64,000 bases of DNA, from assembly GCA_965205975.1 (NCBI GenBank), contig OZ242195.1, positions 3,680,001 through 3,744,000 on the forward strand. Direction: 5' to 3'. The notes beneath the pieces are model-generated. The model worked only from the letters and a program-made list of their open reading frames with translations, did not search any database and was not told the DNA's origin. Positions 29,654 through 39,904 of the stretch are shown here, one piece after another (within the stretch, counting starts at the first letter, position 1; each line of letters starts with the position of its first letter). The DNA comes from Candidatus Latescibacterota bacterium (GTDB lineage Bacteria > Latescibacterota > UBA2968). Made by a program: the position numbers and the translations under genes.

Positions 29654-29837
29654 GAAGTTGTTTTAAAATTAATAACTGATGTTAGGCATGTCCGGCGTTT
29701 TGTCATGCTGAGCGTAGCCGAAGCATCTGTTCCACCTGAGTTGGTAAGAGATTCTTCGACTCCGCTACGCTCCGCTCAGAATGACAGGGCAATAGCGCAT
29801 AGCCAAGAAGGGAAAAAATGAGTTTTAAAACAGCCTC
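29654..29837. mobile_element. Putative MITE (184 bp, 15-bp TIRs, TTA target duplication) with an internal palindrome
   Basis: Left end GAAGTTGTTTTAAAA, right end TTTTAAAACAGCCTC (13/15 inverted match), each flanked by TTA; internal TGTCATGCTGAGCG...CGCTCAGAATGACA hairpin. Confidence 0.7.
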
Positions 29838-29854
29838 TTAGGGGTGTCTATATC

Positions 29855-31543
29855 TCACAAAAAATCCAGATCTGCGCCGAGGTGAGCGGGTAAAACGCAT
29901 TTGGCATACAGGTGTCGCCAGCCTCGATCGGGGACTGGTAAAGGAACAAAAGCCTCGCGGCGACGCGCAAGCTCTGCCTCATTGACCAGCAAATCAATGC
30001 GGCGTTCTCTTGCATTCAACTCAACCATATCGCCATCGCGCACAAAAGCAAGAGGTCCCCCTGTCGCCGCCTCGGGAGAACAGTGCAACACCACCGTACC
30101 ATAAGACGTCCCACTCATACGCGCATCGGAAATCCGCACCATATCTTTGACCCCTTTTTGCGCCAGATATTTGGGAATAGGCAAAGACCCCGCCTCCGGG
30201 AACCCATCTCCCACGGGACCGGCATTCCGCAAAATCATCACATGATCGGGCGTAATATTGAGAGAAGGATCATCAATCCGCGCAGACGCATCCTCAGCAG
30301 AATCAAAAACAACCGCGGGACCCCGGTGCGCCAGCAATTCGGGAGACGCCGCAGCAACCTTGATCACAGCCCCATCCGGCGCCAGATTCCCGCGAACTAC
30401 AATCAATGCACCCGTAGCACCAAGGGGATTGTCCAGCGTGCGAATAGTACTTTGCCATGACTGAGGAGGTTGAACCGTCTTCAAATAATCGCCCAGCGCT
30501 TGCCCCGTAATCGTCGGCACAGAACAATCCAGCAAAGACGCCAGAACCTTGAGCAACGCGGGAACGCCACCCGCTTCGTGAAAATCCTCCATATAACCCA
30601 CACCTGCGGGCTTGCAATCCACGAGCAAAGGCACCTGTTGCGACACCTCGTGCATATCTTCCAGAGTCAGCCGAGTCCCCGCCCGCCGCGCAATCGCCAG
30701 AAGATGCACAATCGCATTCGTAGAACCACCCAGCGCGTGGAGCACCGCAAGCGCATTGAGAAAAGACGCCCGCGTGAGCAACTGTGCGGGTCGGCGTCCC
30801 GCGCGAGCTATCGCAACGGCCATGCGTCCAGACCGCACACCCACGCGCAAGCGATCTCCCGTACCCGAAAGCGGTGTCGCACCACCAGAAACCATCAAAC
30901 CGAGGGTCTCCACCACACTCGCCATCGTCGAAGCAGTCCCCATAACCATACACGTCCCGGGCGTACTGCAAAGCGACTGCGTCACACCTTCGATCTGCCG
31001 ATCGCTCAATTCCCCAGCGCGATATTGCGCCCAATAGCGGCGGCAATCTGTACACGCCCCCAATCTCTCACCCTGCCACGAACCGGTTCGCATTGCGCCA
31101 GACACGACCTGAACAGCGGGAATATTAGCCGAAGCAGCCGCCATCAATTGCGCTGGCACAGTCTTATCGCAGCCCCCCATCAGCACCACAGCATCCATAG
31201 GTTGAGCCGTAATCAACTCCTCGGTCTCCATAGACAGCAGATTCCGAAAAAGCATCGTCGTAGGCGAAAAGAAAATCTCATTCAGCGAAATCGTGGGAAA
31301 CACAAAAGGCAGGCCACCACCTTCGAAAACCCCGCGCTTGACCGCCTCGATCAAATCCGGCATATGCCCGTGGCAGGGATTATAATCAGAAGTAGTCGAA
31401 GCAATGCCAACAACGGGACGATCCACATCCTCGCTGTCATATCCCGCAGCAGCGAGAAACGCCCTGCGAATATACTTGCTAAATTCCGGATCGCCGTAGC
31501 TCGTCAAATTTCGGTTAATACCTGTATCTGTCGATTGGGTCAT
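29855..31543 (-). CDS. IlvD/Edd-family dehydratase (dihydroxy-acid or sugar-acid)
   Basis: NPCH, GGCDKTVP, GGSTNA, SDARMSGT. Confidence 0.9.
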   Translation of the reverse strand: MTQSTDTGINRNLTSYGDPEFSKYIRRAFLAAAGYDSEDVDRPVVGIASTTSDYNPCHGHMPDLIEAVKRGVFEGGGLPFVFPTISLNEIFFSPTTMLFRNLLSMETEELITAQPMDAVVLMGGCDKTVPAQLMAAASANIPAVQVVSGAMRTGSWQGERLGACTDCRRYWAQYRAGELSDRQIEGVTQSLCSTPGTCMVMGTASTMASVVETLGLMVSGGATPLSGTGDRLRVGVRSGRMAVAIARAGRRPAQLLTRASFLNALAVLHALGGSTNAIVHLLAIARRAGTRLTLEDMHEVSQQVPLLVDCKPAGVGYMEDFHEAGGVPALLKVLASLLDCSVPTITGQALGDYLKTVQPPQSWQSTIRTLDNPLGATGALIVVRGNLAPDGAVIKVAAASPELLAHRGPAVVFDSAEDASARIDDPSLNITPDHVMILRNAGPVGDGFPEAGSLPIPKYLAQKGVKDMVRISDARMSGTSYGTVVLHCSPEAATGGPLAFVRDGDMVELNARERRIDLLVNEAELARRREAFVPLPVPDRGWRHLYAKCVLPAHLGADLDFL

Positions 31544-33384
31544 GATGTCACCGCTTTCAGCGTGCACTCTGCTGAAACAAGCATCCCATTGACAATCTCC
31601 TGAGCGAACTGATCGACATTTTGTCTTGTTTGCTCCAAATCATCCCCAGCCAGATCCGCGCAATCAGCCGAAGTCGCCGAAACATAATACTTGATCTTCG
31701 GTTCTGTACCAGAAGGCCGAGCAGTAACCCGCGTGTATCCTTTTTCCGACAAGGTAAACGCGAGAACATTACCCGTGCTCCCCTCAATTGTGCGCGTATT
31801 CCCCGCCTGAACATTGCGCACAGTATTCGTCTGGCGATCAATAACCTCAACCACCTTGTATCCACCAATTTCAGCAGGCGGATCCTGGCGCAGACCATTC
31901 ATAATCTGGGCAATCTCCTCATTGCCCCGCGCACCTTCTCGATACGTCGATTTCTGCACTTCGCAAAAATATCCGAACGCGCGATAAATATCATCCAGAT
32001 AATCCCTCAACGTACGACCTTGCCTCTTGAGTTGGGCAGCGCACTCCGCGAGCAAAACCGCAGCAACAGCGGCATCTTTATCGCGCACAAAATCCGTAAA
32101 CAAATAACCGTGGCTCTCTTCCGTCCCAAACACAAAAGTCTCATCATCTGACAAATTATTGATCACATCGCCAATATATTTGAACCCGACGAGGAGGTTA
32201 TCAACAGATATCAGACCAAAATCCCTCGCAATAAGACTAATGAGATCCGTCGTAACAATCGTCTTGCACACAACACCTCTATCGGGCAATTTATCCTGCT
32301 CCCTGAGCGAAGTCAAAATATAATAACACAAAATAGCACCGATCTGATTGCCATTAATCGCGAGACCTTCGGGAAGCGCATCCCATCCCCTCTGAGGATC
32401 GGGCAGCGCACAACCCAGACGATCGGCATCTGGATCGCTCGCCAGAACAACATCAGCCCGAACCCGCCTTGCCTCTTCAATAGCCAGAGAAAGCGCACCC
32501 GGATCTTCGGGATTTGCCACACCCCCTGCCACCGTAGGAAAATTGCCATCCGGAACATCTTGCGCCTCAACAACGCGCAAATGGGAATACCCCAGATTCT
32601 GAAGCGCGGGCACAACACTCGTTGAACCAACACCGTGTAATGGCGTATATACAACACTTATATCGCGGGCATCGCAAAGGGAGAGCTCAGCCAGCTTTTC
32701 AATATATTGCGCATCGATCTCTGCATCAATCACCTGGATCATCCCCCGTTCGACTCCCTCCGCATAGTCAATTCTATCGAGACGCTTAACAGCACCAACC
32801 TCGGCAATAATATTCTTATCGTGCGGCGGAACCACCTGCCCGCCATCTATCCAGCACGCCTTAAAACCATTATCCGAAGGCGGATTGTGACTCGCGCTAA
32901 TCACCACCCCTGCAACAGCCCCTGTCTGGCGAAGCGCAAAAGAAAGATGAGGCGTTGCGCGAGGACCGTCAAACAGACGCGCAACAATACCATTACCCGC
33001 AATAATCGCAGCCGTCTCCCGCGCAAAAACATCCGAATTGTTCCGCGTATCGTACGCAATCACCACACCCTTATCTCTGGCATCTTCAATACCCGACTTG
33101 AGAATGTACTGCGCCAAACCCTGCGCCGCTTCTCCAATCGTCCTCAAATTGATCCGATTGGGACCAGGCCCCATCTTGCCCCGAATACCGCCCGTACCAA
33201 ACTCGATATGGGTGCGAAAAGCATCCTCAATTTCGTCTATATCTCCATCTTCGATAAGCAATTGAATTTCCGGAACAAAATCGGCAAATTCCGGATCAAC
33301 AAGCCATTGTGAAATTGCTCGAAATGCCGCGGCAGAAATCCTGTTCTCTGCTGCCCAGTCTTTGATCTGCTGGTGTATCGTCAT
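31540..33384 (-). CDS. Phosphoglucomutase/phosphomannomutase
   Basis: FGTGGIRG, ISASHNP, DPDADR, EESHG, RPSGTEPK. Confidence 0.92.
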   Translation of the reverse strand: MTIHQQIKDWAAENRISAAAFRAISQWLVDPEFADFVPEIQLLIEDGDIDEIEDAFRTHIEFGTGGIRGKMGPGPNRINLRTIGEAAQGLAQYILKSGIEDARDKGVVIAYDTRNNSDVFARETAAIIAGNGIVARLFDGPRATPHLSFALRQTGAVAGVVISASHNPPSDNGFKACWIDGGQVVPPHDKNIIAEVGAVKRLDRIDYAEGVERGMIQVIDAEIDAQYIEKLAELSLCDARDISVVYTPLHGVGSTSVVPALQNLGYSHLRVVEAQDVPDGNFPTVAGGVANPEDPGALSLAIEEARRVRADVVLASDPDADRLGCALPDPQRGWDALPEGLAINGNQIGAILCYYILTSLREQDKLPDRGVVCKTIVTTDLISLIARDFGLISVDNLLVGFKYIGDVINNLSDDETFVFGTEESHGYLFTDFVRDKDAAVAAVLLAECAAQLKRQGRTLRDYLDDIYRAFGYFCEVQKSTYREGARGNEEIAQIMNGLRQDPPAEIGGYKVVEVIDRQTNTVRNVQAGNTRTIEGSTGNVLAFTLSEKGYTRVTARPSGTEPKIKYYVSATSADCADLAGDDLEQTRQNVDQFAQEIVNGMLVSAECTLKAVTS

Positions 33385-33428
33385 AAATACTCCTGTTTAT
33401 CAGCGATCAGCAGTCAGCTAAAAACCTT

Positions 33429-33504
33429 CTGGATTGCGGCTCAAAACCCTGCCGCAATGACGATTAGTGCTCGTCACGCCTGCATGCTTAAAGCAGGCGT
33501 CCAG
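33429..33504. repeat. Paired REP-like element (CTGGA..ATGAC / GTCA..TCCAG)
   Basis: Nearly identical to 47808-47883. Confidence 0.85.
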
Positions 33505-33620
33505 GATCGAGGGTATTTTAGCTTTTCATTTGTACAATATATTGCAATCTACACACCACCGTGTCAAGTGCATAGGCAAAACTACTTGACTTTAACGCTC
33601 ATTTATGCCCTATTTTGAAA

Positions 33621-34277
33621 ATGCTCACAACAATCCTCATCGCCATTGGCCTTATACTGGGTATCCCCCTCGCAATTCTGGCACTCTTCATATTCTTGCC
33701 AATCCGCGCAGGTGCAACGGGATACTACCGCGAAAATGACTACAGTATATCCGGCTTCGCGCGCGGTTGTGCCGGGCTATGTGGTATTATTTGCGACATT
33801 GACAAACAGGGATTGCAACTGCGCGTCGTTATCGGACGCTGGACCGTGCGGCGTCTCTATGCACGCGGGAACCTGAAACAATTCCTGAGCTATGTCGGAA
33901 ATGCGCTCCCCTTTGTGATTCTGACGCAGTTTATGAAGCGCTTATCAAAAACAATAGCATTTCAGCACCTCGAATTGAATCTGGAACTGGGAACGGAAGA
34001 CCCCGCTTTCACCGGGCGGCTATTTGGATATGTCGAAGCATTCAAGCGCATCTTTGGCAAACGCATCCACATCTCAATCACCCCTGACTTTATCCAGCCG
34101 CGCTTTGCCGGATCGGGATCCTTGAGAATCTCCATTTATCTTCACCGTTTGATATTCGCCGCACTCGTCCTGACCGTGCGTCTTGGACTTTCGGAAGCAA
34201 AGGCATGGTGGACAGGACGCAAAAACAGGCGCAAAGCAGGGACGGCACAGGGACCGTCCCCTACGATGATATTGTGA
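33621..34277 (+). CDS. DUF2953/YtfI-like membrane protein
   Basis: LGTEDPAFTGRLFG and I.PDF motifs; upstream of a ytfJ-like gene. Confidence 0.65.
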   Translation: MLTTILIAIGLILGIPLAILALFIFLPIRAGATGYYRENDYSISGFARGCAGLCGIICDIDKQGLQLRVVIGRWTVRRLYARGNLKQFLSYVGNALPFVILTQFMKRLSKTIAFQHLELNLELGTEDPAFTGRLFGYVEAFKRIFGKRIHISITPDFIQPRFAGSGSLRISIYLHRLIFAALVLTVRLGLSEAKAWWTGRKNRRKAGTAQGPSPTMIL

Positions 34278-34343
34278 TTGTTGTAGGGGCGACCCCCTGT
34301 GGTCGCCCGCTGACGTACGGGTGGGTTTTTAAACCCGACCCTA
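34239..34343. repeat. GTAG-type REP cluster (three palindromes)
   Basis: GGGACGGCACAGGGACCGTCCCCTAC, GTAGGGGCGACCCCCTGTGGTCGCCC, GGGTGGGTTTTTAAACCCGACCCTA. Confidence 0.8.
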
Positions 34344-34371
34344 TCGCGACTTTACTTTTTCGGGAGGAAAC

Positions 34372-34755
34372 ATGGCAATAGAAGACATGGTGCGAACGAT
34401 GTTAAACGAACTGCGTGAAATCGTAAAAACCGAAACCGTAGTAGGCGAGCCTGTAATTGCGGGCGACATCACCATCATACCCGTATCCAAAATATCCTTT
34501 GGATTTGGCGCAGGAGGAGGACAGAGCGAAAAAGACGATGGCAGCAGTGGCACGGGTGGAGGCGGCTCTGTGCAACCCGTGGCATTCATCGTCATACAAA
34601 AAGGCAAAGCACAGCTTCTACCTATAGAAGACAAAAGCATGTCTCTCGCCGACCTGCTCAAATATGCGCCCGATGTAATAGAAAAAATTAAAGCGTTTAA
34701 AGACAAGCGCAAAAAACAGAAAGACGACGAGGAAGGCGACGAAGAACAAAAATAA
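34372..34755 (+). CDS. ytfJ: YtfJ/GerW-family protein
   Basis: TVVGEP, IIPVSKISFGFGAGGG, GGGGSVQPVAFIV. Confidence 0.85.
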   Translation: MAIEDMVRTMLNELREIVKTETVVGEPVIAGDITIIPVSKISFGFGAGGGQSEKDDGSSGTGGGGSVQPVAFIVIQKGKAQLLPIEDKSMSLADLLKYAPDVIEKIKAFKDKRKKQKDDEEGDEEQK

Positions 34756-34761
34756 ACCACT

Positions 34762-36855
34762 ATGCTCTCAAACTTAAACCAGCCCCTGCGAACACTGCCG
34801 GGCATTGGGCCAAAGCGCGAAAAAGTATTGGAAAACGCCGGCATCGCCACCGTGGGCGATCTGCTATTGTATTTGCCCTATCGGTACATAGATCGCTCTA
34901 CCGAAGTCGGAATCGCACACCTGCCGCTGGATCGGGAAGTCACCGCAGTCGGTGAAATCGTAAGCATGCAGACAATCCCCGGCAAGCGTCGGCGATTCGT
35001 CATGACAGTCGAAGACCAGACCGGATCGGTCGCCTGCACGTGGTTCGGAGGCATTCAATACCTCAAAAATGCATATCGCGCAGGCGACATCGTAGCACTC
35101 GGGGGTAAATTGACGCGGTTTGGGCGCACATTGCAAATGGTACACCCTGAAATAGAAGTTCTCGCAAACGAAGACGACGACAATCAGCGGCTGCATACCG
35201 GACGCATCATCCCGCTGTATTCCACCACATCAAAAATGAAGGCAGACCGCCTCACAGCCCGCGCACTTCGCCGTCTCTTATTCGCCGCGCTACAAGCTAT
35301 TGGAGATCAGATCGAAGACCCATTGGACGAAAACATACGCAAACGCTGTGGTCTAATGCGCCTGCGAGACGCAATTGAAAAAATCCATTTCCCAGACACA
35401 ACAACGGACATAGACACTGCGCGGCAACGCCTATCTTATGACGAAATCTTCTACATCCAGCTTTATCTGGGACAAGCAAAAAAGCTACGCCAAAGCACAC
35501 CCGGACGCGAACTGACATCCAGCGGCCCCCTGACGCAACAACTCGTGGCGAATCTACCCTTCAAACTAACGCATGCACAAACGCGCGCCATTACAGAAAT
35601 CAGCCACGACTTACAGTGCCCCGTAGCCATGCACCGTCTGTTACAAGGCGATGTGGGATCCGGCAAAACCCTCGTCGCCCTCCACGCCATGTTGTGTGCT
35701 GCAGACAGCGGCGCGCAGGCCGCCCTGATGGCCCCCACAGAGATCCTCGCCGAGCAACATGCCCACACCATACGGGAACTCGTCGCACCGCTGGGCTTAG
35801 ACGTAGCACTGATAACAGGACGCATGCGAAAAGCGCAACGCGCCAAAATACTGGACGGATTGCATTCTGGAAAAATAAAAATAGCAGTCGGCACACATGC
35901 CCTGTTGCAAAACGACATCGCATTTGCCGACCTCGCACTCATCGTCGTCGATGAGCAACATCGCTTTGGCGTGGTCCAGCGCGCCATGTTGCGCGAAAAA
36001 GGCAATGCGACCCATCTTCTGGTCATGACCGCCACTCCCATACCCAGATCCCTATCGCTAACCCTGTACGGCGACCTGGATGTCACCATCATCGACGCCC
36101 TGCCGCCCGGTCGCATCCCTGTACGCACGGGATGGCGTTATGCACAGGACCGCGCCCGCGCACTGCAATTTCTGTGCAGCGAACTGCAACAAGGACATCA
36201 GGCATATATCGTCTATCCGCTCGTATCCGAATCCGAAAAAAGCGACCTGCAAGCCGCCACCGCCGCCTTTGAAGACCTGCAACAAGGCGCACTCTCCAAC
36301 TTCCAACTGGGCTTGCTTCACGGTCGGCTAAAACGCGACGAAAAAGAAACCACAATGTCTGCATTCAGGCGCGGCGAACTGAATGCACTGGTCACGACAA
36401 CAGTCATAGAAGTCGGTGTCGATGTTCCCAATGCCACAGTCATGATGGTCGAACACGCCGAGCGCTTTGGACTATCGCAATTGCACCAATTGCGCGGCCG
36501 CGTGGGTCGCGGCCAACATCAATCCTACTGCATCTTAATTGCAGATCCTCAGGACGCACTATCGGGTGAGGCACATGAACGCCTCGACGCCATGGCGCGA
36601 ACAACAGATGGATTCGAAATCTCAGAAGCCGACTTGTGCATTCGGGGACCCGGACATATTTTTGGCACACAACAAGCCGGCTTCCCCAAATTTCACTTTG
36701 CCGACCTCGTACGCGACGGCGCCTTAATCACCGCCGCACGCCGAGAAGTACAGACACTCCTGGACCACGACCCAAATTTGACCGCGCACACTGTTTTAAG
36801 ACGAGAATTAGACGCAACCGCACGCCACGACATGCAAATTGTAGAAGCGGGATAA
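34762..36855 (+). CDS. recG: ATP-dependent DNA helicase RecG
   Basis: LQGDVGSGKT, DEQHRFG, MTATPIPR, QLRGRVGRG. Confidence 0.97.
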   Translation: MLSNLNQPLRTLPGIGPKREKVLENAGIATVGDLLLYLPYRYIDRSTEVGIAHLPLDREVTAVGEIVSMQTIPGKRRRFVMTVEDQTGSVACTWFGGIQYLKNAYRAGDIVALGGKLTRFGRTLQMVHPEIEVLANEDDDNQRLHTGRIIPLYSTTSKMKADRLTARALRRLLFAALQAIGDQIEDPLDENIRKRCGLMRLRDAIEKIHFPDTTTDIDTARQRLSYDEIFYIQLYLGQAKKLRQSTPGRELTSSGPLTQQLVANLPFKLTHAQTRAITEISHDLQCPVAMHRLLQGDVGSGKTLVALHAMLCAADSGAQAALMAPTEILAEQHAHTIRELVAPLGLDVALITGRMRKAQRAKILDGLHSGKIKIAVGTHALLQNDIAFADLALIVVDEQHRFGVVQRAMLREKGNATHLLVMTATPIPRSLSLTLYGDLDVTIIDALPPGRIPVRTGWRYAQDRARALQFLCSELQQGHQAYIVYPLVSESEKSDLQAATAAFEDLQQGALSNFQLGLLHGRLKRDEKETTMSAFRRGELNALVTTTVIEVGVDVPNATVMMVEHAERFGLSQLHQLRGRVGRGQHQSYCILIADPQDALSGEAHERLDAMARTTDGFEISEADLCIRGPGHIFGTQQAGFPKFHFADLVRDGALITAARREVQTLLDHDPNLTAHTVLRRELDATARHDMQIVEAG

Positions 36856-36879
36856 CCGCTTATAGCTAACCGCTAATAG

Positions 36880-36908
36880 TTGACACCCCTATTGTATTAT
36901 GGTAGATT
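36880..36908 (+). promoter_or_regulatory. Putative sigma70 promoter
   Basis: TTGACA-17 bp-TAGATT with an extended -10 TG, upstream of the PfkB-hflKC genes. Confidence 0.55.
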
Positions 36909-36964
36909 GATTCGGCTTTCTTATGCGGATGATCTTTTTCACCATTACCCCCGGAAACTGACTG

Positions 36965-37975
36965 ATGAATCATGAGCTGCGCATTGCGTTGCTTGGCACG
37001 ATTAACCGCGACACGATTTACACCGCCGATGGCGTGACAACCGAAAGCTACGGTGGTTTATTGTACAGCATCCTGGCATTGGCCGAGATCGCGTCTTCTC
37101 ATGTAGCGATTTATCCCATCTGCAATGTAGGCGCAGACATGGAAACCGTAGTGCGAGAAAAACTCGCGCCATACCCGCACGTCAAATTCGACGGCATCCA
37201 ATTTGTATCGGGCAAAAATCCCCATTGCTTTTTGGATTACGACGCAAACGGGCGCAAACGCGAAACCCTGCACAATGACGTCCCGCAAATCTCTTTTTCA
37301 CAAATTGAACCGTTTTTAGACTGCGACGCGATATGCTTTAATTTCATCACCGGAATGGAACTCGCCCTCGAAACCGCGCAGCGCGTGCGTCGTTTCGCCA
37401 CCGGCTTATTGTTGATGGATGTCCACAGTCTAACCCTGGGCATGGATAAAAAACGCCGCCGATTCTGGCGCGTACCCCCGCAGTGGAAAAAATGGATGGG
37501 ATGCGTGGATGTCGTACAAATGAACGAGCAAGAAGGCGCTTTGCTCGCCGGCGAAACACTCGATAGCAAAGATGCAACACGCCGTTTTGCAAAACAGGTA
37601 CTGTGCGCGGGACCTTCAGTATTGATGATCACGCGCAGCAACCGCGGTTCTGAGACAATTTTTCAGAATGACCGCTCAGATATTGTAATCGACAAATTCG
37701 ATCCCGCGCCCATAGCTGAACCCTGCGATGAAACCGGGTGTGGCGACACCTTTTTGATGGGATACACCTGGGCCTTCTTGCAAACGGACAACCGCGCCTT
37801 TGCCAGTCGTTTTGCCAATCGAGTGGCGGGTATCAACGTGTGTTTGCGCGGCATTGAAGGCATAGCCAAAATAAGCCAATTCTTAACCCCCGACGACCTG
37901 CCTGTGCGGGACATGCAGACAGGTCAATCCGCCGTATTAGACGGCATTCTCCCCGGTCCTGAAAGGAGGGCCTGA
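36965..37975 (+). CDS. PfkB-family carbohydrate kinase
   Basis: G..N.D N-terminus, QMNEQE, DETGCGDTF. Confidence 0.82.
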   Translation: MNHELRIALLGTINRDTIYTADGVTTESYGGLLYSILALAEIASSHVAIYPICNVGADMETVVREKLAPYPHVKFDGIQFVSGKNPHCFLDYDANGRKRETLHNDVPQISFSQIEPFLDCDAICFNFITGMELALETAQRVRRFATGLLLMDVHSLTLGMDKKRRRFWRVPPQWKKWMGCVDVVQMNEQEGALLAGETLDSKDATRRFAKQVLCAGPSVLMITRSNRGSETIFQNDRSDIVIDKFDPAPIAEPCDETGCGDTFLMGYTWAFLQTDNRAFASRFANRVAGINVCLRGIEGIAKISQFLTPDDLPVRDMQTGQSAVLDGILPGPERRA

Positions 37976-38949
37976 TGCAAGAATATCAATTTCCAAATCG
38001 TCCAAATTTCGATTTGCAATTCAACCCCAAGTTCATCTATTACGGGTTAATTGTACTGGCATTGCTCTGGTTGGGCAGCGGCATCTACACGGTGCGGCAA
38101 GATGAGCAAGCAGTCGTATTTCGATTCGGACGAGCGGTGGGCCTGGAAGATCCTGGCATCCACTACCACTGGCCCACACCCATCGAGCGCATTGAGAAAG
38201 AGCGCGTATCAGAGGTAAAACGCCTCGAAGTCGGCTTTCGCACCATCAGCGTAACGCCCACGCCGAGATACCAGAAGGTCTCAGCCGAATCCGCGATGTT
38301 GACCGGCGACGAGAATATCGTCGATGTAGAACTGATCGTTCAGTATCGCATCCGCGATATGGAGGACTATTTGTTCCAGGTCAACGACCAGCGAAAAGCC
38401 ATCAAGGACGTAACCGAGGCCGCATTGCGCCAGGTCATCGGGCAGCGCACCATCGATGAAGCCCTCACAGAGGGCAAGCTGGAAATACAAGAAGAGATTC
38501 TGAAACAGGTTCAGGTAGTCCTGGATATCTACAAAATCGGCGTGCGCGTCGATCAAGCCAAGTTGCAGACCGTGTCTGTACCCCAGGAAGTGGATCACGC
38601 ATTTAAGGACGTTGCCAACGCGCGAGAAGACCGCGAAAAACTCCGCAATGAAGCCGAAGCCTATCGCAACGATATTATCCCAAAAACGCGCGGTGAAGCC
38701 GAAAAAATGATCCGAGAAGCCGAAGCCTACAAAGTTGAGCGAGTCAAGCGCTCACAGGGCGATGCAGACCGATTCGTCGAGGTACTCAAAGAATATCGCA
38801 ATGCAAAAGACGTGACCGAAACGCGAATGTACCTCGAAACAATGGAAAAAATCCTGCCCGGCATGCAAAAATACGTCGTCGAATCCGATGGCAAGGGCGG
38901 TATCCTCAACGTTCTCAATCTGCAAAAGCCAGTTGGAGGAGGAAATTGA
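37975..38949 (+). CDS. hflK: FtsH modulator HflK
   Basis: SPFH domain, MLTGDENIV, EAEAYRN, RMYLETME. Confidence 0.93.
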   Translation: MQEYQFPNRPNFDLQFNPKFIYYGLIVLALLWLGSGIYTVRQDEQAVVFRFGRAVGLEDPGIHYHWPTPIERIEKERVSEVKRLEVGFRTISVTPTPRYQKVSAESAMLTGDENIVDVELIVQYRIRDMEDYLFQVNDQRKAIKDVTEAALRQVIGQRTIDEALTEGKLEIQEEILKQVQVVLDIYKIGVRVDQAKLQTVSVPQEVDHAFKDVANAREDREKLRNEAEAYRNDIIPKTRGEAEKMIREAEAYKVERVKRSQGDADRFVEVLKEYRNAKDVTETRMYLETMEKILPGMQKYVVESDGKGGILNVLNLQKPVGGGN

Positions 38950-38950
38950 T

Positions 38951-39811
38951 ATGCGCAACCTCGTAACTCTGGTGGTCATCTTGATCGCAGGGAGTATTTT
39001 ACTGAATGCATCGTGTTATATCGTGGATGAACGCGAACAGGTCGTCGTCACAGAATTTGGGCAACCCGTACGCACCGTACAGTCTCCGGGCCTGCATTTT
39101 AAAATCCCATTTATCCAGCAATTGCACACCTTTGAAGATCGCCTGCTGTACAGCGATGCCGACCCCAGACAAATTTACACACAGGACAAGAAAAACCTCA
39201 TCGTCGATAACTTCGCCCGCTGGCGCATCACAGATCCACTCAAGTTTTTGGTATCTGTGCAAAATGTCTCTTATGCACAATCGCGCCTGGACGACATCAT
39301 TTTTTCTGCTGTTCGAGAAGAACTCGGACAACGCACGCTGGTCGAGATCGTAGCTACGCACCGCGAGGAAATCATGAAAAAAGTGACAGAGCGATCCCAC
39401 GAGGCAGCACTCGCACTGGGCATTGATATTCTCGATGTGCGGATTAAGCGCGCAGATTTGCCTCGCGAAAACAAAAACAACGTGTTTGAACGCATGCGCG
39501 CCGAACGCACGCGGCAAGCCAAAGAATACCGCGCCGAAGGTGAGGAAATGTCCTTGAAAATTCGCGCGGAAACCGACCTCGAAGTGACGCGCCTCAAATC
39601 CGAAGCCCTGCAAAAATCGCAGCTAATTCGCGGCGAGGGCGATGCCGAAGCATTGCGTATCTATGCCGATGCCTTTGAACAAGACCCCCGTTTTTTTCAA
39701 TTCTGGCGCACCCTCGAAGCCTATGAAAAAACCCTGGGCGAAGGAACCACCGTCGTGATGCCACCCACCAGTGATTTCTTCAAGTACCTGACCCAAAAGC
39801 GTCCGCGGTAG
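38951..39811 (+). CDS. hflC: FtsH modulator HflC
   Basis: PGLHFKIPF, DKKNLIVD, RMRAER, F..R.LEAY. Confidence 0.93.
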   Translation: MRNLVTLVVILIAGSILLNASCYIVDEREQVVVTEFGQPVRTVQSPGLHFKIPFIQQLHTFEDRLLYSDADPRQIYTQDKKNLIVDNFARWRITDPLKFLVSVQNVSYAQSRLDDIIFSAVREELGQRTLVEIVATHREEIMKKVTERSHEAALALGIDILDVRIKRADLPRENKNNVFERMRAERTRQAKEYRAEGEEMSLKIRAETDLEVTRLKSEALQKSQLIRGEGDAEALRIYADAFEQDPRFFQFWRTLEAYEKTLGEGTTVVMPPTSDFFKYLTQKRPR

Positions 39812-39820
39812 AAATGGACC

Positions 39821-39846
39821 GTAGGGGACGGCCTCTGTGCCGTCCC
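39821..39846. repeat. GTAG-type REP palindrome
   Basis: GTAGGGGACGGCCTCTGTGCCGTCCC, a near reverse complement of 34239-34264. Confidence 0.8.
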
Positions 39847-39904
39847 GTCTGTATTGCCCTGAATATGTCGAAGGGTATAGGCTACGCCTCAACGAGGCAA
39901 CCCC

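Noticed and set aside
30303..31603. 250-aa and 377-aa ORFs overlapping the dehydratase
   Set aside because: Alternate-frame or antisense shadows of a well-supported gene.
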